Assembly: GCA_022508525.1 (NCBI GenBank)
Contig: JAFLVA010000003.1
Location: 39,769-103,768 of the forward strand
DNA length: 64,000 bases
Direction: 5' to 3'
Source: Erysipelotrichales bacterium
GTDB lineage: Bacteria; Bacillota_I; Bacilli_A; RFN20; CAG-826
Positions 16,869-27,175 of this stretch are shown piece after piece. Positions within the stretch are counted from its first letter, which is position 1. Each line of letters opens with the position of its first letter. The position numbers and the translations under genes were made by a program. The notes beneath the pieces are model-generated. The model saw only the letters and a list, made by a program, of their open reading frames with translations. It had not been told where the DNA came from and did no database searches.

Positions 16869-17771
16869 ATGGCAAAAATTTTAGTTATTGGAAGCGCTAA
16901 TGTTGATTTTGTAAGTTATGTAGACAAGTTACCAAAAGAAGGAGAAACAATACTTGGTGATTCTTTTTCAATAAATGCTGGAGGTAAAGGTGCAAATCAA
17001 GCTGTTGCTTGTGCAAAAGCAGGAGCGAATATTACTTTCCTTGCTAAGGTTGGTCAAGATGAAAATGGTAAGTTATTAGAATCAGTTTTACTTGATAATA
17101 ATGTTAAAGCAAAATTATTAATTGACCAAAAGAATCCTACCGGTGTTGCTTCAATAATTGTAGACAAAAACACTGCAGAAAATAGAATAATTGTTGTAAA
17201 AGGCGCGAATGATAATTTAACTATTAAAGATATTGAAGATAATATTGATTTAGTAAAAGAGGCAGACATAATTATGGTGCAACTTGAAATACCATTAGAT
17301 GTTGTAAATTATGCTGTATTGTTAGGATATTTAGCGCATAAAACCGTGATTTTAAATCCTGCTCCTGCTCAAGAATTAAGTCGAGAAACATTAAAACATG
17401 TAACGTATTTAACACCAAATAAAACCGAACTTGAGTTATTAGCAAAAATGACAATTAATAGTGAAAATGATTTACTATTAGCGCTTGAAAAGATTGCTAA
17501 TTATGGAGTGAAAAATATTATAGTTACTTTAGGAGATCGTGGATCAGTATTATATAGACATAAACGTATGGAATATATCCCTAGTTATAAAGTAAATGCA
17601 GTTGATACAACTGGTGCTGGCGATTGCTTTAACGGTGTATTTGCAGCAGGATTATCAATGAGATATAGTGTGGTTGATGCAATTAAATTTGCCACAAAAG
17701 CGTCTTCAATATGTGTTACAAGAGCTGGGGCAATAAAGGCAATGCCATCTAAAAAAGAAATAGTAAAATAA
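16869..17771 (+). CDS. rbsK: Ribokinase
   Basis: MAKILVIGSANVDF, NAGGKGANQAVA, TGAGDCFNG. AGGAAG RBS before ATG 16869. The track start 16809 lies inside tRNA-Arg. Confidence 0.85.
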   Translation: MAKILVIGSANVDFVSYVDKLPKEGETILGDSFSINAGGKGANQAVACAKAGANITFLAKVGQDENGKLLESVLLDNNVKAKLLIDQKNPTGVASIIVDKNTAENRIIVVKGANDNLTIKDIEDNIDLVKEADIIMVQLEIPLDVVNYAVLLGYLAHKTVILNPAPAQELSRETLKHVTYLTPNKTELELLAKMTINSENDLLLALEKIANYGVKNIIVTLGDRGSVLYRHKRMEYIPSYKVNAVDTTGAGDCFNGVFAAGLSMRYSVVDAIKFATKASSICVTRAGAIKAMPSKKEIVK

Positions 17772-17813
17772 GAAAAAGACAAGTTAGGGAGGACTTAACT
17801 TGTCTTTTAGTTT

Positions 17814-20369
17814 TTATTTGATAACAAATATGAATTTATCATCAAAATCTATATAAATATTTGAATTTTTCTTGATTTTTCCAGCAATTATTTCTTTAGA
17901 TAATGGAGTTTCAATTTCTTTTTGAATGAATCTTTTAATTGGTCTTGCTCCATAGATTTGATCAAAACCTTGCTCCACAATTGCATCCATTGCTTTATCG
18001 CTTAAAGAAATCGTGATTTGCATTTTAGAAAGACGATGTTCTAGTTCTTTAATAAATTTGTTGACAATGTTTTTAATGATATCCTTATTAAGAGGATTGA
18101 AGAATATTATATCGTCAATTCTATTTAAGAATTCAGGTTTAAAATGCGATTTTAATTCATTTTCCACTAATTGATAATTTTCTTTAGATGCACTTTCTAG
18201 TAAGTATTCAGAGCCAATGTTAGAAGTCATAATAAGAATTGTGTTTTTGAAGTCTACAACTCTTCCAAGTGAGTCTGTTAGTCTTCCATCATCAAGTACT
18301 TGTAATAATACATTAAAGACATCAGGATGTGCTTTTTCAATTTCATCAAGTAAAACGATAGAATATGGTTTTCTTCTAACTGATTCAGTTAATTGACCGC
18401 CTTCTTCATAACCTACATAACCTGGTGGAGCGCCAAGTAAACGAGAAACTGAAAATTTTTCCATATATTCGGACATGTCTATACGCACTATTTGATCTTC
18501 ACTATCAAACATATTTTCTGCCAAAGCTTTAGCTACTTCTGTCTTGCCAACGCCAGTTGGACCTAAGAAAAGGAAGCTTCCGATTGGGCGATGTTCATCA
18601 GATATACCTGCTCTAGATCTTAATATGGCATTACTAACTTTTTCTAATGCTTCATCTTGACCTATAACTCTTTTGGAAAGATTTTCCTCAAGTTTTAATA
18701 ACTTCTCTGATTCTGAGGAATTTAATCGCGATACTGGTATACCAGTCCATTTAGCCACTACTTCAGCAATATCAGTTTCATCTACAATTTCATCAAGCAT
18801 TCTTCCATTTTTATCTTTAGTTTTATCTTCAGTTATTAATTTTTCTAAATCTGGAATGGTTTGATATTGGAGCTTGGCTGCCTTTTCAAAATCAGCATCA
18901 TTTAATGCTTTATTTAATTCGATTTTTGCTAAATCCAAATCTTTTTTAGCATTCTTAGCTCGATATAATTCATCTTTTTCTTTTTGCCATTTAGCAGTTA
19001 ATTCAGTCTGTTTTTGTGTTAAATTAGCAATTTCTTCATCCATTTCTTTCACTCTTTTAAGAGAAACATCACTTGTTTCTTTAGAAAGAGAGATACGCTC
19101 AATTTGAAGTTGCATTAATTTTCGAGATATTTCATCTAATTCAACAGGCATTGAATCAATTTGCATTCTTGTAGCAGCACATGCCTCATCAATTAAATCA
19201 ATTGCTTTATCTGGTAAGAAACGATCAGAAATATAGCGTTTAGATAATGTTGCAGCGGATATTATCGCAGAGTCTAATATTTGTACACCATGATGTGATT
19301 CAAATCTTTCTTTTAATCCTCTGATGATTGAAATCGTATCTTCCACAGTTGGCTCGTCAACCATGACTTTTTGCATTCTTCTTTCAAACGCTGAATCTTT
19401 TTCAATATATTTACGATATTCATCAAGGGTTGTTGCTCCGATACAATGGAGTTCTCCTCTTGCAAGCATTGGTTTAAGCAAATTTGCCGCATCCATAGCG
19501 CCTTGAGTTTTACCAGCACCAACAAGCAAATGAATTTCGTCAACAAATAGTATGATTTGTCCATTTGATTTAATTATTGCGTTTAAAACAGCCTTTAATC
19601 TTTCTTCAAATTCTCCTTGGTATTTAGCACCAGCAATAAGCGCACCCATATCTAATTCGAAAATAGATTTATCTTTTAAAGAGAATGGAACATCACCTTT
19701 AAAAATTCTCCATGCCAAACCTTCTACAATTGCAGTTTTACCAACACCTGGCTCACCAATTAAAACAGGATTGTTTTTACTTTTTCTTGATAATATTTGC
19801 ATTACACGACGTATTTCTTCATCGCGACCAATAATAGGATCAATTTTTCCTGAACGTACATCACTAATTAAATCTCGACCGTATTTTTTTAATACTTCAT
19901 ATGTCTCCTCTGGGTTTGTACTTTTCACAGTATTTCCGCCTCTAATATCTTTAATGGCATTAAGCACATTTTGCTTTGTGAAATAATTTAACTTCTTTAA
20001 TTTAGTAGTGATTGAGTGCTTATTATCAAATATTGCTAAAATTAAGTGTTCAATAGATAAATATTCATCATCAAAATTTTTCTTATATTTTTCAGCATCA
20101 TTTAAAAGAGTAGCGACATTATTAGATAAATAAGGATTATTAGCATTAGATGTTGTAACACTATTAAGAACATAATCATTAATAATATTTAATACTTCGT
20201 TTTTATTTACTCCTATTTTTTCTAAAACGTTTAATAGCATTGAATCATTATCTTGATACATCGCTAGTAATATTTGAGGCATATCAATCTCGTTATTTTT
20301 ATGATTTTTTGCAATTTCACTTGCGTCGTTTATTATTTTAATAACTTTTTCTGTCATTTTATCGGTCAT
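17814..20369 (-). CDS. clpB: ATP-dependent chaperone ClpB
   Basis: 851 aa. Two AAA+ modules ([16 protein letters not shown]) separated by a coiled-coil middle domain. No ClpP-binding loop noticed. Confidence 0.92.
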   Translation of the reverse strand: MTDKMTEKVIKIINDASEIAKNHKNNEIDMPQILLAMYQDNDSMLLNVLEKIGVNKNEVLNIINDYVLNSVTTSNANNPYLSNNVATLLNDAEKYKKNFDDEYLSIEHLILAIFDNKHSITTKLKKLNYFTKQNVLNAIKDIRGGNTVKSTNPEETYEVLKKYGRDLISDVRSGKIDPIIGRDEEIRRVMQILSRKSKNNPVLIGEPGVGKTAIVEGLAWRIFKGDVPFSLKDKSIFELDMGALIAGAKYQGEFEERLKAVLNAIIKSNGQIILFVDEIHLLVGAGKTQGAMDAANLLKPMLARGELHCIGATTLDEYRKYIEKDSAFERRMQKVMVDEPTVEDTISIIRGLKERFESHHGVQILDSAIISAATLSKRYISDRFLPDKAIDLIDEACAATRMQIDSMPVELDEISRKLMQLQIERISLSKETSDVSLKRVKEMDEEIANLTQKQTELTAKWQKEKDELYRAKNAKKDLDLAKIELNKALNDADFEKAAKLQYQTIPDLEKLITEDKTKDKNGRMLDEIVDETDIAEVVAKWTGIPVSRLNSSESEKLLKLEENLSKRVIGQDEALEKVSNAILRSRAGISDEHRPIGSFLFLGPTGVGKTEVAKALAENMFDSEDQIVRIDMSEYMEKFSVSRLLGAPPGYVGYEEGGQLTESVRRKPYSIVLLDEIEKAHPDVFNVLLQVLDDGRLTDSLGRVVDFKNTILIMTSNIGSEYLLESASKENYQLVENELKSHFKPEFLNRIDDIIFFNPLNKDIIKNIVNKFIKELEHRLSKMQITISLSDKAMDAIVEQGFDQIYGARPIKRFIQKEIETPLSKEIIAGKIKKNSNIYIDFDDKFIFVIK

Positions 20370-20382
20370 ATGTAAACCTCCT

Positions 20383-20409
20383 TTAGCACTCTACAGCTTC
20401 AAGTGCTAA
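20383..20409. promoter_or_regulatory. CIRCE element (proximal, between -10 and SD of clpB)
   Basis: TTAGCACTC-TACAGCTTC-AAGTGCTAA, 17/18 to consensus. Confidence 0.8.
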
Positions 20410-20428
20410 TTATATTATATGGTAAATT

Positions 20429-20455
20429 TTAGCAATGTCAATACAAGAGTGCTAA
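20429..20455. promoter_or_regulatory. CIRCE element (distal, overlapping clpB -35)
   Basis: TTAGCAATG-TCAATACAA-GAGTGCTAA, 16/18. On the gene strand TTGACA-16-TATAAT is embedded in or follows it. Confidence 0.7.
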
Positions 20456-20540
20456 AAATTGCTTTTATACTAATATTATGTTTTATTTTGGAATAAATAG
20501 ACTTGTAAAGATAAAATTAAATTGTTAAAATATTTACACT

Positions 20541-20626
20541 GCCCGAGTGGTGAAATTGGTAGACGCAATGGACTCAAAATCCATCGGTTAAGAGCCATGC
20601 CGGTTCGAGTCCGGCCTCGGGCACCA
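20541..20626 (+). tRNA. tRNA-Leu (anticodon CAA)
   Basis: GCCCGAGTGGTGAAATTGGTAGACGCAATGGACTCAAAATCCAT plus long variable arm, ending ..GGTTCGAGTCCGGCCTCGGGCACCA. Confidence 0.9.
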
Positions 20627-20696
20627 ATTGAATAAACAAGTTTGATGTATCTATATCAAACTTTTATTTTTGCGGTTGAAAGCGAAGTGAACGTTC

Positions 20697-21308
20697 ATGA
20701 ATGCAAATTTTAAAATAAATGGAAAAACACTTGAAACAAGTAGACTTATATTAAGAAGTTTTAAACAGGCTGATCTCAATGATTTTTATGAGTATGCATC
20801 TGTTGATGGTGTTGGTGAGATGGCTGGATGGTCTCATCATGAAAATATAGAAACATCTCAAGAAATCTTAAATCAATTTATTAATGAAGATAAAACTTTT
20901 GCAATTTGTCTAAAAGAAAGCAATAAAGTAATTGGTTCACTTGGAATTGAAGAATATAAGTTAGAAGACAAATTAACTGAATTTTATGGTTATAAAGGCA
21001 GAGAAATAGGATATGTGTTGAGTAAGAACTATTGGGGACAAGGAATAATGCCAGAAGCAGTTAAAACAGTAATTGATTATTTGTTTAATGAATGTAATCT
21101 TGATTTTTTGCTTTGTGGTTATTTCGTATTCAATTCACAATCAAAAAGAGTTCAAGAAAAATGTGGATTCAAGCCATATAGAAAACTTGTGATGCAAACA
21201 AAAATGGAAACACAAGAGACAAGCGTCTTAAATCTACTTATTAATCCAAATAAAAATTTGAAACTTAATTTTTCTCACCCGGAAACTTTAATATATAAAA
21301 ACGATTAA
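20697..21308 (+). CDS. GNAT family N-acetyltransferase (RimJ/RimL-like)
   Basis: TSRLILRSF..DL..Y N-terminal pattern and WGQGIMPEAV acetyl-CoA loop. Confidence 0.7.
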   Translation: MNANFKINGKTLETSRLILRSFKQADLNDFYEYASVDGVGEMAGWSHHENIETSQEILNQFINEDKTFAICLKESNKVIGSLGIEEYKLEDKLTEFYGYKGREIGYVLSKNYWGQGIMPEAVKTVIDYLFNECNLDFLLCGYFVFNSQSKRVQEKCGFKPYRKLVMQTKMETQETSVLNLLINPNKNLKLNFSHPETLIYKND

Positions 21309-21352
21309 TTAATAATATAGACTTTTATTGGTCATAAGACTAAAATAAAAAT

Positions 21353-21874
21353 ATGAATAAAAAATGCTTTGAACCAATTTATGATAATAATTGTAAGATT
21401 CTTATACTCGGAAGTATTCCTAGTGTAAAATCTTTAGAAAATAATTTTTATTATATGCATCCAAGAAATCAGTTTTGGAAAATATTAGATGCAGTATTTT
21501 ATAAAGATCAGCCAACATTCACTTTATTAGTGGAACAATATCGAAATAATAAAACTGAGGAGAATCGCGAAGCAATAAAGCAATTGTTACTTAAAAATCA
21601 TATTGCCTTATTTGATGTAATTAATACATGCGAAGGTAGAGGATCCTTAGATATCAATATAGATAAAAATAGTATTAATACGAATGAAAAAGAAATTAAA
21701 AAAATACTGAAAATTACAGACAAAATTTATTTAAATGGTGAGAAAGCATATAGTCTATTTATAAAGATGTTCCCGCATTTAAAAGAAACAGCAATAAAAT
21801 TACCAAGTACAAGTCCTGCAAATACAATTCCTTTTGAAAAGAAGTTAGATGAATGGAAGAAAATAAAAAATTAG
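21353..21874 (+). CDS. Uracil-DNA glycosylase superfamily protein (deoxyinosine glycosylase-like)
   Basis: ILILGSIPSVKSL..YYMHPRNQFWKIL and C-terminal LPSTSPAN motifs. Confidence 0.65.
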   Translation: MNKKCFEPIYDNNCKILILGSIPSVKSLENNFYYMHPRNQFWKILDAVFYKDQPTFTLLVEQYRNNKTEENREAIKQLLLKNHIALFDVINTCEGRGSLDINIDKNSINTNEKEIKKILKITDKIYLNGEKAYSLFIKMFPHLKETAIKLPSTSPANTIPFEKKLDEWKKIKN

Positions 21875-21891
21875 TCGTTAGACTAATTTTT

Positions 21892-22452
21892 TTAAATTCC
21901 AAATTCTTTTCGATAGACTTTTAATAAATCATTAAATCTGTCGTAGTGTACAACTTCACGTTGTCTTAAATAAAGAAGAGGGTTAATAACATCAGGATCT
22001 TTAGCAAGATCAATAATATGTTCGTATGTTAAGCGAGCTTTTGCTTCTGCCGCTAAATCTTCTTCTAAATCAGCATCATAGTTTCCAGTTGAACCGACAT
22101 TTGCCATAGAGAATGGAACACCATTTACATCAGTTGGGAATAGTCCCATACCGTGTTGGGCATAGTGTTTATCTAGCCCTACTGCGGCTAATTCTTGAAG
22201 TGTTGCACCTTTCATTAATTGGTATAATAAGGTACAAATCATTTCAACATGTCCTAATTCTTCTGTACCAATATCTGTCAAGAGTGTGCGACCTCTTTCA
22301 TCAGGCATAGTGTATCTTTGATTTAAATAACGCAAGGCTGCACCTAATTCACCATATGGTCCACCATATTGAGTTAAAATGAAATTGGCCATTCTTAAAT
22401 CTTTAGTTTTAACGTCAATCGGGTATAAAAGACTTTTACTATATTTCCACAT
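21892..22452 (-). CDS. cotJC: Manganese catalase family protein (CotJC-like)
   Basis: GELGAALRYLNQRY, EELGHVEM di-metal ligand motifs. Confidence 0.8.
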   Translation of the reverse strand: MWKYSKSLLYPIDVKTKDLRMANFILTQYGGPYGELGAALRYLNQRYTMPDERGRTLLTDIGTEELGHVEMICTLLYQLMKGATLQELAAVGLDKHYAQHGMGLFPTDVNGVPFSMANVGSTGNYDADLEEDLAAEAKARLTYEHIIDLAKDPDVINPLLYLRQREVVHYDRFNDLLKVYRKEFGI

Positions 22453-22463
22453 AATTTATTCTC

Positions 22464-22919
22464 CTATCTAGAAATCCAAGGACTTGGTGTTGTTACGTAA
22501 TTAAATGTTCCGTTTTCATCTCTGGCATCTTCTGCCATAAGCGGACCAAATTGCTTTACATATTCTTCCCTGGCTTTTTTATATTGATTGTTAACTTCTG
22601 TAAATAAAGCAAGTGCTTCTTTATCGGTTGGATAAACATCAAGAATGAGATTTAAATCATGACTATAATCGTATAAAGCTAATAAATTAAAAAACTTTAA
22701 TTCACGTTCGTTTTTCGGGGCTAATTTTGGAATTCTATAATTTTTGTATGGCAAATATTCACTTCTAACAATGTTACCTGCCAAGAATCCTTCCTCTACG
22801 CCAAAGAATCTAGAATCCATACTTTTTGTAGCTCTAGATAATTCAGATTCATCTTGAAATGATTGGAATGGTTGATATGGATAAAATGATTGATAATACA
22901 TTTTGTTTTCCTCCCACAT
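22464..22919 (-). CDS. CotJB-like protein with N-terminal extension
   Basis: LLALYDYSHDLNLILDVYPTDKEAL..YVKQFGPL resembles CotJB. GGAGG SD favours the ATG at 22901. Confidence 0.6.
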   Translation of the reverse strand: MWEENKMYYQSFYPYQPFQSFQDESELSRATKSMDSRFFGVEEGFLAGNIVRSEYLPYKNYRIPKLAPKNERELKFFNLLALYDYSHDLNLILDVYPTDKEALALFTEVNNQYKKAREEYVKQFGPLMAEDARDENGTFNYVTTPSPWISR

Positions 22920-23041
22920 TTCAAGATATTCACCTATGTTTTACTGACATAATTAAATAGCCCAAAATCAAAATAATTTTTTTGGCGTTTCACCTAATTA
23001 GTCTTGAAAATAAGCATAATATTTAATATTATAAACAAGAA

Positions 23042-23117
23042 GCCGGCTTAGCTCAGTTGGTAGAGCAATTGAATCGTAATCAGTGGGCCGGGGGTTCGAA
23101 TCCTCTAGCCGGCACCA
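23042..23117 (+). tRNA. tRNA-Thr (anticodon CGU)
   Basis: GCCGGCTTAGCTCAGTTGGTAGAGCAATTGAATCGTAATCAGT..GGTTCGAATCCTCTAGCCGGCACCA. Confidence 0.88.
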
Positions 23118-23182
23118 TTTTATATGACTAGATTGATGAATATCAGTCTTTTTTTATAAAAAGTGGCTAAGGAGGAATTATA

Positions 23183-23770
23183 GTGGATTATACAATTAGT
23201 GAGAAATATGATTTGATTATTAATGAAGTAAAAAAAGATAAATCTTTAGATCCAATCAAAATTGTTAAGAATATTATGCATAAAGAATATATTAACATTC
23301 ATGGACCTGAGCATCACTTTTTAGATGGTGCAGCTTTTCTAGTCGCTTATAATAACGCTGGTGGAAATATTGATTTAGATAAAGCATTATTTGATTTACG
23401 TGAAAGAACAATCAAAATGCCGGGAGCAATGTGTGGCTTATGGGGCGTTTGTGGTTCAGTAACATCAATTGGAGCAGCTCTATCTGTGATTCATGGAACT
23501 GGTCCTTTATCAAATGATGACTTTTATAAAGAACATATGAAATATACATCATCTGTCATTGAGAAGATGAGCGAAATTGGTGGACCAAGATGCTGTAAAA
23601 GAAATGCATTTTTGTCTTTAAGTGCCGCAATAAAATTTGTTGAGGAAAATTACGGTATTAAAATGGAAAATAATCAAATAACATGTGAATTTACAAGTTG
23701 GAATAAGCAATGCATAAAAGAAAGATGCCCATTTTTTGTTAACACATTTAATAATAAAATTTTAATTTAA
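23183..23770 (+). CDS. Hypothetical Cys-rich protein
   Basis: GTG start with AAGGAGG RBS. HGPEHHF and several CxxC-like cysteines. Family not recognised. Confidence 0.55.
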   Translation: MDYTISEKYDLIINEVKKDKSLDPIKIVKNIMHKEYINIHGPEHHFLDGAAFLVAYNNAGGNIDLDKALFDLRERTIKMPGAMCGLWGVCGSVTSIGAALSVIHGTGPLSNDDFYKEHMKYTSSVIEKMSEIGGPRCCKRNAFLSLSAAIKFVEENYGIKMENNQITCEFTSWNKQCIKERCPFFVNTFNNKILI

Positions 23771-23894
23771 ATAACAACTTTTAGTGATTAAGTAAACGAA
23801 GCGTCTTAATTGATATAACTAAATATTTTTGTTATCATATTATAAAATTAGACGGGTTAGAAAAGGGAGTATTGATTAACTAATCAATAGACTG

Positions 23895-24743
23895 ATGAAT
23901 ATGGAAAAGTTTAAACAAGGTTTTTTTACAGGTGAAAGAGCATTATATGATACACATGATGCAATAATAGAAGATTCTACTTTTTGTGATGGAGAATCTC
24001 CATTAAAAGAGAGTTCAAATCTTAAAATATATCATTCGATTTTTAAATGGAAATATCCTTTATGGTATTGTAAAAACGTCGAAGTAGAAAACACAACGCT
24101 TCTTGAAACAGCAAGAAGTGGAATTTGGTATACACACAATATCACTATGAAAAACTGCAACATTTCTGCGCCTAAAACTTTTAGAAGAGCAAGTAACATC
24201 CATATTATTAATTCAAATATGCCTAATGCTATTGAAACACTTTGGAATTGCAAAGATATTGAAATTATAAAGGTATCTGCAACTGGTGATTATTTTGGAT
24301 TAAATGCCGAAAATGTATATATAGATGATTTCAATTTGATTGGGAATTATGCCTTTGATGGTGGCAAAAACATCGAAATTCATAACGCTAAAATGGACTC
24401 TAAAGATTCGTTTTGGAATTGTGAGAATGTTACAGTGTATGATTCAATAATTGTTGGAGAATATTTGGGTTGGAATTCGAAAAATTTGACATTCATCAAC
24501 TGCACGATTGATTCTATGCAAGGAATGTGTTACATGCAAAATATTAAAATGATAAATTGTAGACTTTTAAATACGAATTTATGTTTTGAATTTTGTGAAA
24601 ATGTTGAAGCAGAAATTAATTCAAACATTGATTCAGTAAAAAATCCTTATAGTGGAACAATTAAAGCAAAAAAAATCGATGAAATTATTCTAGATGAAAA
24701 ATACATTGATCCTAAAAAAGTTAAAATTGAAACGGAAGAGTAA
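23895..24743 (+). CDS. DUF3737-like beta-helix protein
   Basis: FTGERALYDT..GESPLKES..FKWKYPLWYC..GIWYTHNI pattern. Confidence 0.6.
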   Translation: MNMEKFKQGFFTGERALYDTHDAIIEDSTFCDGESPLKESSNLKIYHSIFKWKYPLWYCKNVEVENTTLLETARSGIWYTHNITMKNCNISAPKTFRRASNIHIINSNMPNAIETLWNCKDIEIIKVSATGDYFGLNAENVYIDDFNLIGNYAFDGGKNIEIHNAKMDSKDSFWNCENVTVYDSIIVGEYLGWNSKNLTFINCTIDSMQGMCYMQNIKMINCRLLNTNLCFEFCENVEAEINSNIDSVKNPYSGTIKAKKIDEIILDEKYIDPKKVKIETEE

Positions 24744-24745
24744 TT

Positions 24746-25900
24746 ATGTATAATTTTGATAAACTTGCTAATAGAAGAAATACTTATTCTCTCAAATGGG
24801 AAGTTAATGAGTCTGAACTACCAATGTGGGTGGCAGATATGGATTTTAAAGTTGCCCCATTTATTAAAAATGCTATAAAAAGTAGAATGGATATTGAAGC
24901 TTATGGATATTCTTTAATTCCGGAAGAGTTTTTTAATTCAATCATTGGTTGGTATAAAAGAAGACATAGTATTGAATTTAAGCGTGAATGGATGCTTTAT
25001 TCATCTGGAGTTGTTGCTGCAATATCATCTATGGTAAGGAGACTAACTAATCCTGGCGATAATGTTATAGTTCAAGCACCAACATACAATATTTTCTACA
25101 ATTCTATTATTAATAATAAATGTGTGGTATTATCAAATGATTTAAAATATAAAAATGGCGTTTTTGATGTAGATTTTCACGATTTAGAACAAAAAATGAG
25201 TGATGAAAAAACTACACTTATGATTTTATGTAATCCTCATAATCCGATAGGAAAGATTTGGAGCAAAGATGAACTAGAAAAAATAGGACAGTTAGCGAAA
25301 AAATACAATGTTACAGTTATTTCTGATGAAATTCATTGCGATTTAACTGATCCTGGCTATGAATATGTTCCATTTGCGTCTGTAAACGAGACTAATAGAG
25401 AAATATCTATAACTTGTATTGCGGCATCAAAAACTTTTAACATTGCGGGATTACAATCTGCATGTTTAATTATTCCAAATGAAAATCTACGAAAAAATGT
25501 AGATCGAGGATTAAATAATGATGAAGTAGCAGAACCGAATTTCTTTTCAATGGAAGCAAATATTGCTGCTTTCACAAATGGCGATTTATGGGTTGATGAA
25601 TTAAGAGAATATATTTTTGCAAATAAGCGATATTTTTATAATTTTATAAAAGAACATCTACCTAATTTGCATGTTATTGAGGATCATGCAACATATCTAG
25701 TTTTTGTAGATATTTCTTACTATTCAAATGATTCGGTGAAATTTTGCAAGGAATTACGAGAAAAGACTGGGCTATATGTTTCAGATGGCGAAGAATATGG
25801 AAAAAATGCAAAATCTTTCTTTAGAATAAATTTAGCAACGTCAATAGCGAATGTTAAAGATGGATGTCAAAGATTGCAAAAATTCCTTAGTATAATATAA
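24746..25900 (+). CDS. MalY/PatB-type PLP-dependent C-S lyase (aminotransferase class I/II)
   Basis: NRRNTYSLKWEV N-terminus and SKTFNIAGLQSA PLP-lysine motif. Confidence 0.8.
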   Translation: MYNFDKLANRRNTYSLKWEVNESELPMWVADMDFKVAPFIKNAIKSRMDIEAYGYSLIPEEFFNSIIGWYKRRHSIEFKREWMLYSSGVVAAISSMVRRLTNPGDNVIVQAPTYNIFYNSIINNKCVVLSNDLKYKNGVFDVDFHDLEQKMSDEKTTLMILCNPHNPIGKIWSKDELEKIGQLAKKYNVTVISDEIHCDLTDPGYEYVPFASVNETNREISITCIAASKTFNIAGLQSACLIIPNENLRKNVDRGLNNDEVAEPNFFSMEANIAAFTNGDLWVDELREYIFANKRYFYNFIKEHLPNLHVIEDHATYLVFVDISYYSNDSVKFCKELREKTGLYVSDGEEYGKNAKSFFRINLATSIANVKDGCQRLQKFLSII

Positions 25901-26030
25901 TCTTTAGTTTTTTTACTGAAAAATTTAACTTATTTTTTCTCATTGATTAAACATCCGAAATAATCGGGTGTTTTATATTTTTTTACTAATGTAAAATAAT
26001 TAGCCAATTTTTAGCAATGTTAAAAAATTG

Positions 26031-26060
26031 TTTTACATTAAAAATGTAAAATAATATAAT
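26031..26060 (+). promoter_or_regulatory. Promoter with embedded palindromic operator (site A)
   Basis: TTTTACAT-TAAAA-ATGTAAAA (26031-26051). -35 TTTACA, 17 nt, -10 TATAAT (26055-26060). Paralogous to site B. Confidence 0.5.
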
Positions 26061-26084
26061 TTTTATACAAAAGGAGAAATTTTT

Positions 26085-27146
26085 ATGAAAAAAATATTAC
26101 CAAATATTTTTATTATGTTATTAGCATTAGTGGCAGTTTCTGCTCCTCGTAATGTTAGTAATGTAGAGACTACTAAAGATTTTACAACTCATGTTCGTAG
26201 AGCAAAAGTTACACCTACTTTTTCGTTTACTTATGAAAAAGACGGCGAAGAGGTTGCTCTTACAAGTGGTACACATTTTACAGAAGGCAAAGTACCAGCT
26301 TTTAATGTCCATGCAAATGAAGAAGGTGCACAAGTTGAAGTCTATTATACTATGAATGACGGAGCAACCAATTTGGGAAGTGTGGCACCATCTGAACCAG
26401 GAACATATGCAGTTAACGTTAATTCAATTGAAGATGATAATTTTGAATCTAAATGGGACTTCCGTTGGTATGTAATTGATCCAGCACCAGAGGAAGGACA
26501 AATTAAAGTCCATTTAGTTCCTGATGAAGTGGCATTTATTTATGATGGCCTACCACATTCTCCAATTTGGCATTTTGAAGATGAAAGCAATAAAAAAGTT
26601 GAAGGTGTTCAATATACTGCTAAATACTCTTCAGAGGAAACAGGATATGATAGCGAAGAAGCACCAACTGATATTGCGTGGTACTCCATCTCAATTACAA
26701 TTACTGATGACAAACATTTAATGGATGGAAGTTGGTGGGTTGTATTTCATATTGATGATTCGGCAGATGCATTTATTAGAGACTGGAATGCTTTAAGAGT
26801 TGAAGGTGGATCTGAGGGAATGTGTGCATTTATAACTGATGGAAATACATATAAATTAATGGCATTAATTAATCGTTATGATAAATTAAATGAAAATGAC
26901 AGAGCACGTGTTAATGAAGAATATGAAAATGATGGAGAAACATTAATATCTACATCCATTACTTACTTTAAATCTATGTTAGGATTAGAATCACATGCTG
27001 CTAGCGATGATCAAAATAGTAATAGTACTTTATTACTTGTAGAAGGAAATGTTAAATACGTTATATTGTTAGTTTCATTGCTTGGCGTAGCTGCTTTAAG
27101 TTATATGGTTATTACTAAAAGAAGAATAGCTCTTCTTGATAAATAA
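26085..27146 (+). CDS. Surface protein: signal peptide, MBG/Ig-like repeat module, conserved C-terminal module, TM tail anchor
   Basis: About 170 aa are roughly 60% identical by eye to the middle of ORF 47852 (FRWYVIDPAP..PHSPIWHFEDE). C-terminal VILLVSLLGVAALSYMVITKRR. Confidence 0.7.
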   Translation: MKKILPNIFIMLLALVAVSAPRNVSNVETTKDFTTHVRRAKVTPTFSFTYEKDGEEVALTSGTHFTEGKVPAFNVHANEEGAQVEVYYTMNDGATNLGSVAPSEPGTYAVNVNSIEDDNFESKWDFRWYVIDPAPEEGQIKVHLVPDEVAFIYDGLPHSPIWHFEDESNKKVEGVQYTAKYSSEETGYDSEEAPTDIAWYSISITITDDKHLMDGSWWVVFHIDDSADAFIRDWNALRVEGGSEGMCAFITDGNTYKLMALINRYDKLNENDRARVNEEYENDGETLISTSITYFKSMLGLESHAASDDQNSNSTLLLVEGNVKYVILLVSLLGVAALSYMVITKRRIALLDK

Positions 27147-27175
27147 AAATTAGTTTTTAATTTTTTGGAGGCATT

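Noticed and set aside
21892-22919. cotJB/cotJC-like pair as evidence for an endospore former.
   Set aside because: Manganese-catalase/CotJC-like pairs occur widely outside sporulating lineages. No other sporulation gene is in the window, and the envelope-protein features point elsewhere.
23869-23884. Palindrome TTGATTA-AC-TAATCAA just upstream of the DUF3737 gene.
   Set aside because: A short AT-only inverted repeat with no second copy in the window. Expected by chance at this base composition, so it is not reported as a regulatory site.
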